Positions 26,901 to 39,294 of a stretch of DNA of 64,000 nt are shown piece by piece. Position 1 is the stretch's first letter, and each line of letters begins with the position of its first letter. The position numbers and the translations under genes were made by a program. Below the pieces are notes generated by a model. That model did no database searches. It was not told the DNA's origin and saw only the letters and a program-made list of their open reading frames with translations. The stretch comes from Macrostomum hystrix (lineage: Eukaryota; Animalia; Platyhelminthes), in assembly GCA_950097015.1 (NCBI GenBank), contig CATNEN010000041.1, positions 2,294,001 through 2,358,000 on the forward strand, in the 5' to 3' direction.

Positions 26901-29900
26901 TTGTCTCACTCTGCTGCTCTCTCTGCAATGCAGGCCTGCCATCTGCCGAACAGGAAGATGAAACTCGATGACCCTGCAGCTGAGGGCCCTTTGCTCTGGA
27001 GCACATACAGTACGGGAAAGGTCATTGTAGATTGGAGGCTTTTACAGTGCCGAAATTTATTGTCCGCCCGTTGCCCCATTGCAGCTTGTTCCGCACCAAC
27101 AAGGACCTGCAGACAATGTTCTCCAAGTTCAGCCACCTGGAGCTCAGCGACAGCATCCGGGAGAACGGCGAGCTGGCGGTGCACGGCGAGCTGGTGATGG
27201 GCGTGTTGGATGAGGCCATCCTCAACATCGACTGCATGGAGGTCACGCGGCAGCGGGTCCGGCGGGCCGCCGCCACGCATCGGAAATTCAGCGAATTCTA
27301 CGCCAAGCTCTTCTGGGTGAGCGGGCGCGGCAGTGCCTGGGAGGGTGACAAACAGCTGGCGGCCGTGCCTGGGAGGGTGACAAACAGCTGGCGGCCGTGC
27401 CTGGGAGGGTGACAAACAGCTGGCGGCAGTGCCTGGGAGGGTGACAAACAGCTGGCGGCCGTGCCTGGGAGGGTGACAAACAGCTGGCGGCAGTGCCTGG
27501 GAGGGTGACAAACAGCTGGCGGCAGTGCCTGGGAGGGTGACAAACAGCTGGCGGCAATGCCTGGGAGGGTGACAAACAACTGGCTGGTTGAACGGTGAGG
27601 GAAGAATGAGTTTGAGAAAGGGAGTAAGTCTATTATGGGGTGGATAGTATAGGCGTTAGGTAAGAAGCAAAAAGAATAGAATAGGAAAAATGGGGTAGCA
27701 ATATATAGAACATGGTAGGGGCGATAGATAGAGTGAGGGTAGGCAGTGGATACAGTGGGGTAGGCAGTGGATAGAGTGGGGTAGGCAGTGGATAGAGTGA
27801 GGGTAGGCAGTGGATACAGTGGGGTAGGCAGTGGATAGAGTGGGGTAGGCAGTGGATAGAGTGGGGTAGGCAGTGGATAGAGTGAGGGTAGGCAGTGGAT
27901 AGAGTGGGGTAGGCAGTGGATAGAGTGGGGTAGGCAGTGGATAGAGTGAGGGTAGGCAGTGGATACAGTGGGGTAGGCAGTGGATAGAGTGGGGTAGGCA
28001 GTGGATAGAGTGGGGTAGGCAGTGGATAGAGTGGGGTAGGCAACATTGAGCTGGCTGGGACACCAGCGGGCAGGGCCACGTTTATTTGACCGGGTACTCC
28101 TCTCACAGGGCGGCACGGTGGATGTAGGGTCTCGGGCGCGCAGATCAAAGGCGGGCAGTTTAAGCGGATCAGAGCAGCGCTGGGCAGCGGCTGGGATGAG
28201 AGAGAAAGTCACGGGGCGATGAGGCTGTGGATTCTGAGGCTCAGATAATCCTTTGATCCCCGCCCATGACCGGCAAGTGTTAGGCGGGGCCTTTGCCCAT
28301 CGGCGCACTAATAAATCCCAAAAAATTCCGCAAAATTCCTTCCTAATCAGCCCCAGCCTGAGCTGGGCTCAGATTGCCATCGAATAGGGAGCTCAGCTGC
28401 CAGTGCTTGTCGGCTTCTTCTTCGGGTCTGAGCTCAGCTGCCAGTGCTTGTCGGCTTCTTCTTCGGGTCTGAGCTCAGCTGCCAGTGCTTGTCGGCTTCT
28501 TCTTCGGGTCTGAGCTCAGCTGCCAGTGCTTGTCGGCTTCTTCTTCGGGTCTGAGCTCAGCTGCCAGTGCTTGTCGGCTTCTTCTTCGGGTCTGATACAG
28601 TCAGGCAGATCAGGGCATTGTTGGTTTGATTGTGAACGGGAGTGAAGGAGTGAACAGGAGTGAAGGAGTGAACAGGAGTGAAGGAGTGAACAGGAGTGAA
28701 GGAGTGAACAGGAGTGAAGGAGTGAACAGGAGTGAACAGTAGTGAACAGGAGTGAAGGAGTGAACAGGAGTGAAGGAGTGAACAGGAGTGAAGGAGTGAA
28801 CAGGAGTGAAGGAGTGAACAGTAGTGAACAAGAGTGAACAGGAGTGAACAGGAGTGAACAGTAGTGAACAGGAGTGAACAGGAGTGAACAGGAGTGAACA
28901 GTAGTGAACAGGAGTGAGCCGGAGTGAACTGAAGTGAATGGGAGTGAAGGAGCTGAAGTGAGCCGGAGTGAACTGAAGTGAATAAAGGCAGCTAATGAGA
29001 TTAAAGAGAAAGATTAAACATTTTTTTATGAAATAGCACGTAATTCTTGGGTTTAAGTTTAAGTCAAATATTTGGTGTAAAAGTTGTTGAGTGAAGGTTT
29101 GTCAGTTACTCGTATGGGCACAGCCAGTAGCTGAGAGTGAGTGTACGATGTTAGGCTGGGGTGGCGGACTGTGTGAGGAGAACTGGTTTAGCCCCAATGT
29201 CCCCCGGGAGTCGCAGCCGCTGCTGCTTGCCTGCTCAGGCGGGGAAGCGGGGAAGGGAAGCCATCCTCTTTTACCGAGCTGCCTTGGCGCTGTAGCATGA
29301 CTGAAGGCGCGCCAGCAGCTAATCAGGCACCGACAGGCGCAGGGCTGCACTTTAGCAGCGGGCGGGTTCCGCTCAGAGAGCAGACAGAGTGGGCAAAGCC
29401 AGTTTGTAGATGACAGACCTCAGTTTGTAGATGACAGACCTCAGTTTGTAGATGACAGACCTCAGTTTGTAGATGACAGACCTCAGTTTGTAGATGACAG
29501 ACCTCAGTTTGTAGATGACAGACCTCAGTTTGTAGATGACAGACCTCAGTTTGTAGATCACAGACCTCAGTATGCAGATGACAGACCTCAGTTTGTAGAT
29601 GACAGACCTCAGTTTGTAGGTGACAGACCTCAGTTTGTAGATGACAGACCTCAGTTTGTAGATGAACAGACCTCAGTTTGTAGATGACAGACCTCAGTTT
29701 GTAGATCACAGACCTCAGTATGCAGATGACAGACCTCAGTTTGTAGATGACAGACCTCAGTTTGTAGGTGACAGACCTCAGTTTGTAGGTGACAGACCTC
29801 AGTTTGTAGATGACAGACCTCAGTTTGTAGATGACAGACCTCAGTTTGTAGATCGCAGACCTCAGTATGCAGGTGACAGACCTCAGTTTGTAGATGACAG

Positions 29901-32298
29901 ACCTCAGTTTGTAGATCGCAGACCTCAGTATGCAGGTGACAGACCTCAGTTTGTAGATGACAGACCTCAGTTTGTAGGTGACAGACCTCAGTTTGTAGGT
30001 GACAGACCTCAGTTTGTAGATGACAGACCTCAGTTTGTAGATGACAGACCTCAGTTTGTAGATCGCAGACCTCAGTATGCAGGTGACAGACCTCAGTTTG
30101 TAGATGACAGACCTCAGTTTGTAGATGACAGACCTCAGTTTGTAGATGACAGACCTCAGTTTGTAGGTGACAGACCTCAGTTTGTAGGTGACAGACCTCA
30201 GTTTGTAGATGACAGACCTCAGTTTGTAGATGACAGACCTCAGTTTGTAGATCGCAGACCTCAGTATGCAGGTGACAGACCTCAGTTTGTAGATGACAGA
30301 CCTCAGTTTGTAGATGACAGACCTCAGTTTGTAGATGACAGACCTCAGTTTGTAGATCACAGACCTCAGTATGCAGATGACAGACCTCAGTTTGTAGATG
30401 ACAGACCTCAGTTTGTAGATCGCAGACCTCAGTTTGTAGATGACAGACCTCAGTTTGTAGGTGACAGACCTCAGTTTGTAGATGACAGACCTCAGTTTGT
30501 AGATGACAGACCTCAGTTTGTAGATGACAGACCTCAGTTTGTAGATCGCAGACCTCAGTATGCAGGTGACAGACCTCAGTTTGTAGATGACAGACCTCAG
30601 TTTGTAGATCGCAGACCTCAGTATGCAGGTGACAGACCTCAGTTTGTAGATGACAGACCTCAGTTTGTAGGTGACAGACCTCAGTTTGTAGGTGACAGAC
30701 CTCAGTTTGTAGATGACAGACCTCAGTTTGTAGATGACAGACCTCAGTTTGTAGATCGCAGACCTCAGTATGCAGGTGACAGACCTCAGTTTGTAGATGA
30801 CAGACCTCAGTTTGTAGATGACAGACCTCAGTTTGTAGATGACAGACCTCAGTTTGTAGGTGACAGACCTCAGTTTGTAGGTGACAGACCTCAGTTTGTA
30901 GATGACAGACCTCAGTTTGTAGATGACAGACCTCAGTTTGTAGATCGCAGACCTCAGTATGCAGGTGACAGACCTCAGTTTGTAGATGACAGACCTCAGT
31001 TTGTAGATGACAGACCTCAGTTTGTAGATGACAGACCTCAGTTTGTAGATGACAGACCTCGAGTCAGAGCCTGTTGGAGTTTAGTGTTTCTCCAGGGAGT
31101 TTGTTCCCAATCAGCGGCAATTATGGCCAGTCCTGAGGGGCTGTAAAATGATCCGCAAACGGCGCAGTTCCCTGTTTGACCCACCCCAGCCCTCATTCCC
31201 TATGAAGCTGACTCGGAGCCTTATCAAGACCGGGCAAGCTTTGTCTTCTCCGGTCTGCTTTGACATCATGTCGAGCTGCATGAAGCTAATTCACGGGGAG
31301 ACACGCGATGGCAGCGCGGAACGAAGTGTGTGGGCCAGGGCGGTCGTCTGTATCATTTTCCCATTGCTGCGAGCCCTCTGGCGGCTGCTCCTGCGAGTAC
31401 TCGTAGTGCATCGAATTCCAATCATTGCTTACTGCAAACTGCCCTACAAAAAGTTATGTTAGATATGAAGAAGCAGGTTCATCTAAATTCTTAACCGTCA
31501 TCAGTTGAAATCTAAAATCTTGCACTCACAAATGCTGACTCAAGACAACCAACCTGAGTAGATTTAAGCGACACTTAAGTAGTCTGTGTGACTTAATCGG
31601 AGGACACTGCCACTCAACTCACGGGGAAATCGGCATCCAAATAAGTTTTTTTCATAGGAGTGCTAAGTTGATGTTTTGGAAGTTTGGGGGAATCCATTTT
31701 TAACATTGCTATTTTTAGAAAAGTTTAAGGAAACTCCTTTTGATGCTATTTTAAGCAAGTTTGAGGAAATCCTTTTTGCTGTAGCTATTTTTAGAAAAGC
31801 TGTATAATCAAACCTCTTCTATGCTGATTTCTCCATCTTCGAGCGCATCGGTCTCAGATTTTATTAGCTCTTGGCTGTGACAGTTAATCACATTTAAGGC
31901 CTTAATTTAGGCCCGATCGTCACAGTCGCTCCGCTCTAACGTTCCAGACAAAGGAATGAAGAACCCTCGGCAGCAGGATAATTGGATTAGACGTCTGGAA
32001 ATGAAATTCGCATCCATATACGCGAATTCAGATGCTATAGGATGCATGGATTCAATTTTTTTTCATCGACTGCTTCTGAACGAAACTAAAAATGTTAGAA
32101 TTCCCCCCAAACAGAATAGGTTTATCCTCAAACTCAAGATGCCCGATCGCACTTGATCCGCAGGCCATGGAGCAGCCATTCCTGGACGCAGTCAAGCTGA
32201 CACTGGAGGACCGCTTCAACGACAGCATAGCCGAGATCTACGCCAAGACCATCCACTACATCCTGGGCGAGATGGAGGCCGGCTTCTCCGAGGCCTGA
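20976..32298 (+). CDS. Globin, invertebrate neuroglobin/globin-X-like, with an N-terminal extension (204 aa from MGC)
   Basis: Exons 20976-21223, 27085-27316, 32164-32298 (615 nt, in frame). A helix GLTEREVYKLKTSW, CD1 Phe (QTMF), distal His E7 (LAVHGELV), proximal His F8 (AATHRKF). Introns fall at the ancestral B12.2 and G7.0 positions. The frame is open upstream to 20616, so the start is uncertain. Confidence 0.9.
21247..21850. repeat. 16-bp array (CTCACCCTACCCGAGT) followed by a 33-bp array, globin intron 1
   Basis: Direct reading; begins about 25 nt after the donor at 21224. Confidence 0.93.
22690..26025. repeat. 14/15-bp pyrimidine-rich satellite (CTCATCTATCCCTGT), 3.3 kb, globin intron 1
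   Basis: Direct reading; source of the CLIYP/SHLSL ORFs. Confidence 0.97.
27330..27580. repeat. 33-bp array right after the globin exon 2 donor, about 7 copies
   Basis: Unit GTGCCTGGGAGGGTGACAAACAGCTGGCGGCA/C. Confidence 0.93.
27735..28040. repeat. 21-bp G-rich array (GTAGGCAGTGGATAGAGTGGG)
   Basis: Direct reading. Confidence 0.93.
28390..28595. repeat. 41-bp array, 5 copies
   Basis: Unit GAGCTCAGCTGCCAGTGCTTGTCGGCTTCTTCTTCGGGTCT. Confidence 0.93.
28635..28975. repeat. GGAGTGAA(CA) purine-rich short-period repeat
   Basis: Direct reading. Confidence 0.9.
29398..31060. repeat. 21-bp minisatellite (AGTTTGTAGATGACAGACCTC), about 79 copies, globin intron 2
   Basis: Direct reading; source of the DDRPQFV ORF. 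Confidence 0.97.
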
Positions 32299-34224
32299 GA
32301 ACTGGGAACGGGCCTGCCCGCGAGTCCTGTGTGCCAATTGCCAGGACGCTGCAATTGTCTATGGCCCAAGCCGCCCTCCCCTGCGCAGCTTGATTGGCTG
32401 GCAGCAGCGGCAGCCGGGCCAGCATTGCTATTATATAAATAATTACTCAGTGTTGTAAAATATCAGAATCTGTCTCGAGAAGCCAGCAACTCGCACTGTT
32501 CATGCAGGAGAAGCCAGCTGCGACACTCGGCTCGTCTGAACTGTCCAGCTCAGCTTCCTCGCGCCACATTCGTTAGCCCTTCACCCCTCACATTTGCGCC
32601 TCAAATCATTGTTTTACCAGCGAATACAAGCGAAATGAGTGCAGCAGCTCCCGTAGCTGTGCGGCACACCCGCAACATTGTTCTTGGCCTCCGCACTTTC
32701 TTTTGGCTCGCACTCAACCGAACGATCCACACCGAGCAGCTGCGACTCAGGATCTGATTTCCTGGGAATTAAAATGGGCAGCTGAAACTCTCGCATGTCG
32801 AAATCTCCCAAAGTATGGGATAAATTGAGCCATATCGATTAGAGAAAAAGCTCTGTGCAGCTGAGCTCACTGCTCAAGCGGGCCAGCAGTTAAAGCGGCA
32901 GCTGCGGATATCCCTCTCTTCTCTCCATCACTTTCCCGGCCTCCTCCTGGCCTGCTCACTCCCCTCCCGTCTGTTCTGGCTTTCTCCCGCCCACAGGTCT
33001 CACTTGCTGCGCATACCCACAGCCACCTGGGTGTTAACCGTGACTGCAGAATACGATTTGAAAATTAGTTTGAGACATCGGTTGCAGTCACAACAGTGCC
33101 AGCGGAGTATTGACACACCGTTAGCACCTGAACTAACCAGGCTTCCTGCGCGGACTGCAGAAGGCTGAAAAGCTTAGAAGTCCACCCCGCAGAATGCAAG
33201 GCGAACCGCGAGTTTGTAAACACTGCACCGAGGCTTCTCTAAATTCAGCGAAGCAGCGCTGCCCCAGTTTTTCCTGATCGAGCGAACCGTGCGGGGAATT
33301 CACGCACTCTGTGAGGAAATGCGGGCGCGCTTCAAAGTAGCTGAAAGCCGGAAATTTTTTTCTACGAGCGTAATTTCGTTTTTAAAGCTAAAAACTGCGG
33401 AGTCGCCACAAATTCAGTTGGGAGTGGATCAGCCAGAATCCCCTACCCAGCCAGACTAATGGCAACTGATCCCGCCCGACCTGTACTCTGCCCGCGATCT
33501 AAAAATCCCTGTCCGCCGCCAGACAGTTTAATTGGGGCCCCCAGGCCGGCACGGACTCGACTAAGCTACTTTAGCTACTATAAGCCAATATAGAGTTGCT
33601 GGGTACTGAGACTGAGTCCAGGGACGGTGGCGCCAATAGTGGCGAATACTGAGTAACTGTGAGTCTGCCCACTTGCAACTGGGCACCGGAAAAGGCAAAC
33701 AGCAATAATTTCCTTGTGTCGAATAATTCTTATTTGGCTCATTCAGACTTTTCCTCTATTTAAAGTACATTTCGTGTTGACAGACTAGGCTAAAATATTG
33801 ACTTCATAGCATATTAGCAATTATTATTAAAATAATTATTATTCAACTCGGCAAATAATTAAGGAAATTCGGGCGTGCGACGGTTAGCTGGGCTATAGTT
33901 GTGCGTTAGCGCCAAGTAAAGGAAACAAAAAATATGCGATGCAAATTGGAATGCAAATGCGATCGGAGAAGGGGCGGTTGAGAGCGGCATGGCGGGTGGA
34001 GGGATGAACTAGGGCTACAAGGTGTGATAAAGTGGGTGGCGGGGTTGACGCCTGGGTTAGACAGAGATATAGTGGTAAAATTTGACAGGCACGATAAGGG
34101 AGTTACGGTCTAAGTTGTGGACGGCAGGTGTGAAAAAATTGGTGTCGGGTTTAGACTAAGATGAGAGGGTGTGATAAAATCAACTGTCCGGTTTGAACTA
34201 CTGGGTACCGGGTGGTTTAAGTAG

Positions 34225-34520
34225 TCCCTGGGCTGGAGGGTGTGATAAAATCTTATTTCGGGTTTGAACTGAGGCTAGAGGGTGTGATAAAATCTTATGT
34301 CGGGTTTGAACTGAGGCAATAGGGTGTGATAAAATCAAATGTCGGGTTTGAACTAAGGCTAGAGGGTGTGATAAAATCTTATTTCGGGTTTGAACTGAGG
34401 CTAGAGGGTGTGATAAAATCTTATTTCGGGTTTGAACTGAGGCTAGAGGGTGTGATAAAATCTTATTTCGGGTTTGAACTGAGGCTAGAGGGTGTGATAA
34501 AATCAAATGTCGGGTTTGAA
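34225..34520. repeat. 42-bp array, about 7 copies
   Basis: Unit GAGGGTGTGATAAAATCTTATTTCGGGTTTGAACTGAGGCTA. Confidence 0.92.
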
Positions 34521-34785
34521 CTTGAGCAGAAATGTGCATGCGATAAAGCTAGATTTCGAGATTGAGCTTTGCATTAAAGTTTGCAAATAAGGCGGCCTTT
34601 ATACGACACAAAAGCTGAATTTGTGATGCTGAGTAATCTGCGCACCTTGGCATATAGTGGTGCAGCCTTCATCCTTATAAAAAAACCGCGTGAGTTGCAA
34701 GCAAGATTTGCTTGAAACATTGAGCCACGGTGAGCAGAAAAAAATAGAAAAATAGTAATTTTAGTGCAGACTAAAAGTGCTGGTG

Positions 34786-37136
34786 TCAATAGAGATTGTC
34801 GGCAGCATGAAAAGCAGGCGACCGGTCATCGAGATATTCAGCATCGGCGTCAGCGGCAGGATCAAATATGCGGTATTCGGATTCCAGGCGCTGCTTCTCA
34901 GTGCTGCCAAGCGGCTTGAGATCCGAGCTGGAGCTGCGGGTTAGTCTGCGAAAGACCTCCGTGTCTGTGGCCGGCTCAGCGGACTCGGCGTCTGGCAGGC
35001 TGACGCCCACCATGAGAGGCACGCGCAGGTTCAGATCCTTGGCGCACTGCTCGACCTCGGCTCGAAACAGCAGCGCATAGGCCACGCTGATCAGACGGCA
35101 GTGCGGCAGCCCGGAGGGCGGGATGGGACGCGGAATCCGCAGGCGGACGCCCTGCCAGCGACGGCCTGGGAAAAGGAGTTGTTGGGCATAGTTTAATTTC
35201 TGGGAAAGTCCAAATTCACTGTAGATCACTGTAGAGAACACGAAATGGCTGCTGTGCAATGCGTGTCTGTCTGTACTTTCACTGTCATGTCCTACCGTAC
35301 GAATCTCGAATGGAAAGTAAAATTGTCGACCAACGCTGAATGGATAAATACTCGTACAGTACTAGTTTTACTCTTATACGCGTCTATGAAGTAAAGCAAG
35401 CAGCTCTATTGTCCAATGACTCTATTGTCATTGATCAGAGCTGCTGCAGTGCGTCAGGCAGTCGCGTATTGATGAGAATGTATTATAGCTTCTGTAGCAG
35501 AGACAGGAGAATCGATTTTTTTTCACTGGGGTATTTTTGGCCGAAGAACTTTTGCAACATCAACAGTCAGGAATGCTCGACCAGCTGCTGTGGGACAAAG
35601 GGACGAACTGCTGCTGCAGCAGTGGTCCCTGCTTCCTCCCTGTTGGACGGTCGGCGCTGGCGGCAGCTGTTGTCTGCAGCAAAATCCTCGAGGTTCCTCT
35701 GCTTTCGATCCCTTTCATTACTGGGGGGGGTGGTGCGTTCCTCTTGAGTGACAAAAAATCTTTGCCTCCCCGTGGACAGAGACGCTGCAATTAGCTGTCA
35801 AGGCTAGCAGAAACTGTCTGTCCAAAGTGCGAGGTGAAAAAAGTGCATGCACGCGCGGGCCTCAAGGACGCACAGCATGATGGCTTTGTTAACGGGATCC
35901 CGGATATGATCGGGAAGAAGGCAATCAAAGCTGGCCTAATTGGCCTTTCCAGGCTGGGAAACGCGGGGCGGCTCCCGAGCGGGGGAACTGCTGGACGAGA
36001 TTATTCACTAGCTTACTAACAAGCTCTATAAGACTAGCACTCACCCTGTGAGGCAATTTTTTGAAGGCCTGATTCTAACTAGTCTCCAGGTTTCACAGAT
36101 AGATTAGCTTGATGAGAGCCATGAAGACAAAATAAATTTTCTGCATCAAGAATCACCAAGAAGTCAGTAAGTCCAACATCCTTAGTAAGACAGAGTAAGT
36201 AAGACAAATAACCCAAAAGAAACCACCGGACCACAGGACTGGACCAGAACAACTAAAAACTAAACAAACTAGAAACCATTGGACAATTTTTTTGAATTAC
36301 TGAACATGTACAGCAGCTCATGTACAATCAGCGGCAGGCTCACCTTCCATACGTCCGATTCGGTACTCGTCAGTCCTGTCGGCCACCAGCAGACTCTCTC
36401 GGTGTTGTTGCTGCCCTCCCGCCTGATAGAGGCACTCCATCACCAGCCCGACGCTCAGCTGACTGATGGTCTTCCGCGACCGATTGTCAACCGTGGCGTC
36501 CACCGAAATGTCCTCGCCGGGTGCAAACACGCGCTTGGACAATGAAAGAGAGGCCCTCACGGAGCGACCGCTGCTGCTGCCACCACCGACAGCCAGACGG
36601 GCATCCACGATACACGGCCTCAGCAGCTCGGAGTGGCTCGATAGCTCCAGCTGCGTCTCAATCGCGAACGCAGTTGCAGCGCTCCACGGGCCTCCGGCAC
36701 CATCGTCAGCTGCCTGAAGGAGGGCTTTGGCAGAGTAGGCCACGCTGCCGAAGCTGCCAGTGAATGTTGAGGGCAGGTGACTCGGCAGGCGGCAGGCGAA
36801 GGGGAACTCATGCTCCCCGGCCGGCAAGGTCACGAACTCGTTGAGCCCGGTGACCACCAGCTCTGCCATGTCGTTCATGTACACCTCGTCGTCCCTGACG
36901 TAGTGCCCACCACCGAGACCCCAGCCGACTGTGCCCGAGCCGCGCACCATGAGGTCCAGGTTGCGCAACCGCAGCGGTCGTGGCAGGCAGAGGCGCACTC
37001 GCCCGGTGAGCAGGTGACCAGGACGGAACACGTGGATGGCGCCGTTGGCTGGAGCGTTGGCCCCCGGGTCCAGGTAGAGGGAGAACTCGCTGACGGCAGA
37101 GTCGCCGCACTCATCGTTTCGATAGCCGTTGAGCAT
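34786..37136 (-). CDS. Arrestin domain-containing protein (alpha-arrestin-like, 390 aa)
   Basis: Exons 37136-36344 and 35165-34786 (G|GT...CAG|GC, phase 1; 1173 nt). Arrestin_N motifs VFRPGHLLTGRV and LPAGEHEFPFACRLPSHLPSTFTGSFGSVAY; Arrestin_C motifs FAPGEDISVDATVDNRS and IPPSGLPHCRLISVAYAL. Confidence 0.9.
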
Positions 37137-37689
37137 TTCGGGTCCGTGCAGATTGAGCTGGCAGTGGGTCGCGCTCTGTGTGGGTGGTTTTGACTGGAGT
37201 TCTCTGAGTAATTCCCCGTTCCTTCAGGTAAGAAAGATTTCATTTATTCATATGGCCAGACGAGAAAGCACAATGGCAGCCTCCCTCAAACCTGCAATCT
37301 GTGAGAGGTGGTGCTGGCCACTTTCTGCGTCGGACTCAATGCTCATGAGAGAAGCTGTGAGTACAGTGTTCTGAGTACACTGCCAGTTAGAACAGCAGTG
37401 AAACTGCGGCTGCATGTCAGCCTGTACAGTTCCATTCTTGTTTTCAGATGGACCGAACTTTATTTCTGGAATTTTCTCTTCAGCACTGGCCCTCGCCTCA
37501 GTTGTGGATATTATTTTCAGGTTTTTTCGTTTGCAGGCCAGATGGGCTGTGATACACAATAACAAGCTAGAGCTAAGATTTCTAAACAATAAACTGGGTT
37601 GTGGCACTCGTGAGCTCTATTCTTCTTTATCAACAATGTTTATTAATTAATCTGCTCATGCCCCAAAGCTCTGCTCCGCAAGCACTATG

Positions 37690-37950
37690 TCACATCATGA
37701 GCAGCTGTGGGTGAGCTTGGCGAGTCACACGATGAGCAGCTGTGAGTGAGCTTGGCGAGTCACACGATGAGCAGCTGTGAGTGAGCTCGGTGTGTCACAC
37801 GATGAGCAGCTGTGAGTGAGCTTGGCGAGTCACACGATGAGCAGCTGTGGGTGAGCTTGGCGAGTCACACGATGAGCAGCTGTGGGTGAGCTTTGTGTGT
37901 CACACGATGAGCAGTTGTGAATGAGCTCGGTGTGTCGCACGATGAGCAGT
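37690..37950. repeat. 35-bp array, about 7 copies
   Basis: Unit CACACGATGAGCAGCTGTGAGTGAGCTTGGCGAGT. Confidence 0.92.
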
Positions 37951-39294
37951 GCTATATGAGAAGTGAAGGAAGGGGCAAAGTGATATAAAAGTGCAAACAC
38001 GGACAGTTAAAAATCCCGGATGGATTTTAGATTTTATGACACCAGCAGCCTTGGGTGGGGTACCCAGTTGTTCATTTGAGCAGCCTTTGGTGCGAAAGCA
38101 GAGCTGGCTACCTTGCCTCGAGTGGAACGACTCACCCACCCGCATCTGTCTCTCAGTAGGTGCAAAACTTGAAATGCAAAAAACTGGGAGCAAGGGGCCC
38201 CGCTGTATGTCCCGATTGGTAAACAGAGCAGCGAATCAACCCAACCGATTTTTTTCTGTGGCAGTGCAAATACGGCTAGGCCTCATAAATTATTACCGGG
38301 ATGTGTTGTACAGGCACAGCCAGGCACTGGCTGCGGGTTGATAACTTAAGCTCAGGGCTAGCGTGCTCGAGGAGAGCAAAGATAATGAACCGGTTTAGAT
38401 TTTCTTAGGAAATAGTGGATACTCCAAAACATCGATCAGCAATCAAGCGGCGCACGAAGGACTCTTCGTAGTTCCCTGCGGCTGCAGCGAAGTTTATTGA
38501 CATCGCTGAAGACGCTCCCCGTGCTGGGCACCGGGGACCTCCAACTGCAACTTTCGCGGCCAAGTGGGATCGCAACCACGGAATCGGCTGCGGAGGCCGG
38601 CGAATGAAAGTGCACTCGCATGTGAGCAAAATAGAGAACTTTCTGAGGAAGCAGCTTGAGCAGTTGTGCTCAGTCATACGAGGCTCCAATTAGACTTCGT
38701 TCCGAAAGTTCTCGGCAAATTGGTCGATTATGCTATCAATTCCCTTCCTGAGAAGGGATGGGCATCATTTTCATCCTGTACTCTGGGGCTCATTTATTCA
38801 AAGTTGCTGCCATGCCATGCCAATGGCCCACAAATTCTTAGAGGAAATTGAAGACATGAGTCAAGACACGCCTTTAAGTTCTTTAGAATCCTTAGTGCTG
38901 TTTTTGACACACATAGAAAATTAACGCGTCTTTATTAACTATCGCATAATTATAGGAAAATTTAATCAGTTCTTGAAATTAATTATTAAAAGTTAACCAC
39001 TCAAAATGTTTTTGTATCTTCATTTCTCATTAGTGGGTAAAAATGTAGTTTCTGGAAATATTGAACAGAATAGCTTTTTGGGATTATGATAGGTATGGGT
39101 GCTCAAACTTGGACTGCATTGAGAACAGGGCTAAGCTGAGTTGTTTCACTGAAATGGATCTCAAGAAACAAGACCGCAGTTTCCAACAGCGACCTCAAGA
39201 TAAGAAGAAAGCATTAGCGGCACAGGATCGGCATTATAAAAGTCCGTGGCGATTCTTGGCTGTCCTCTGTCGCGATGCGGCCACAATTGACAGG

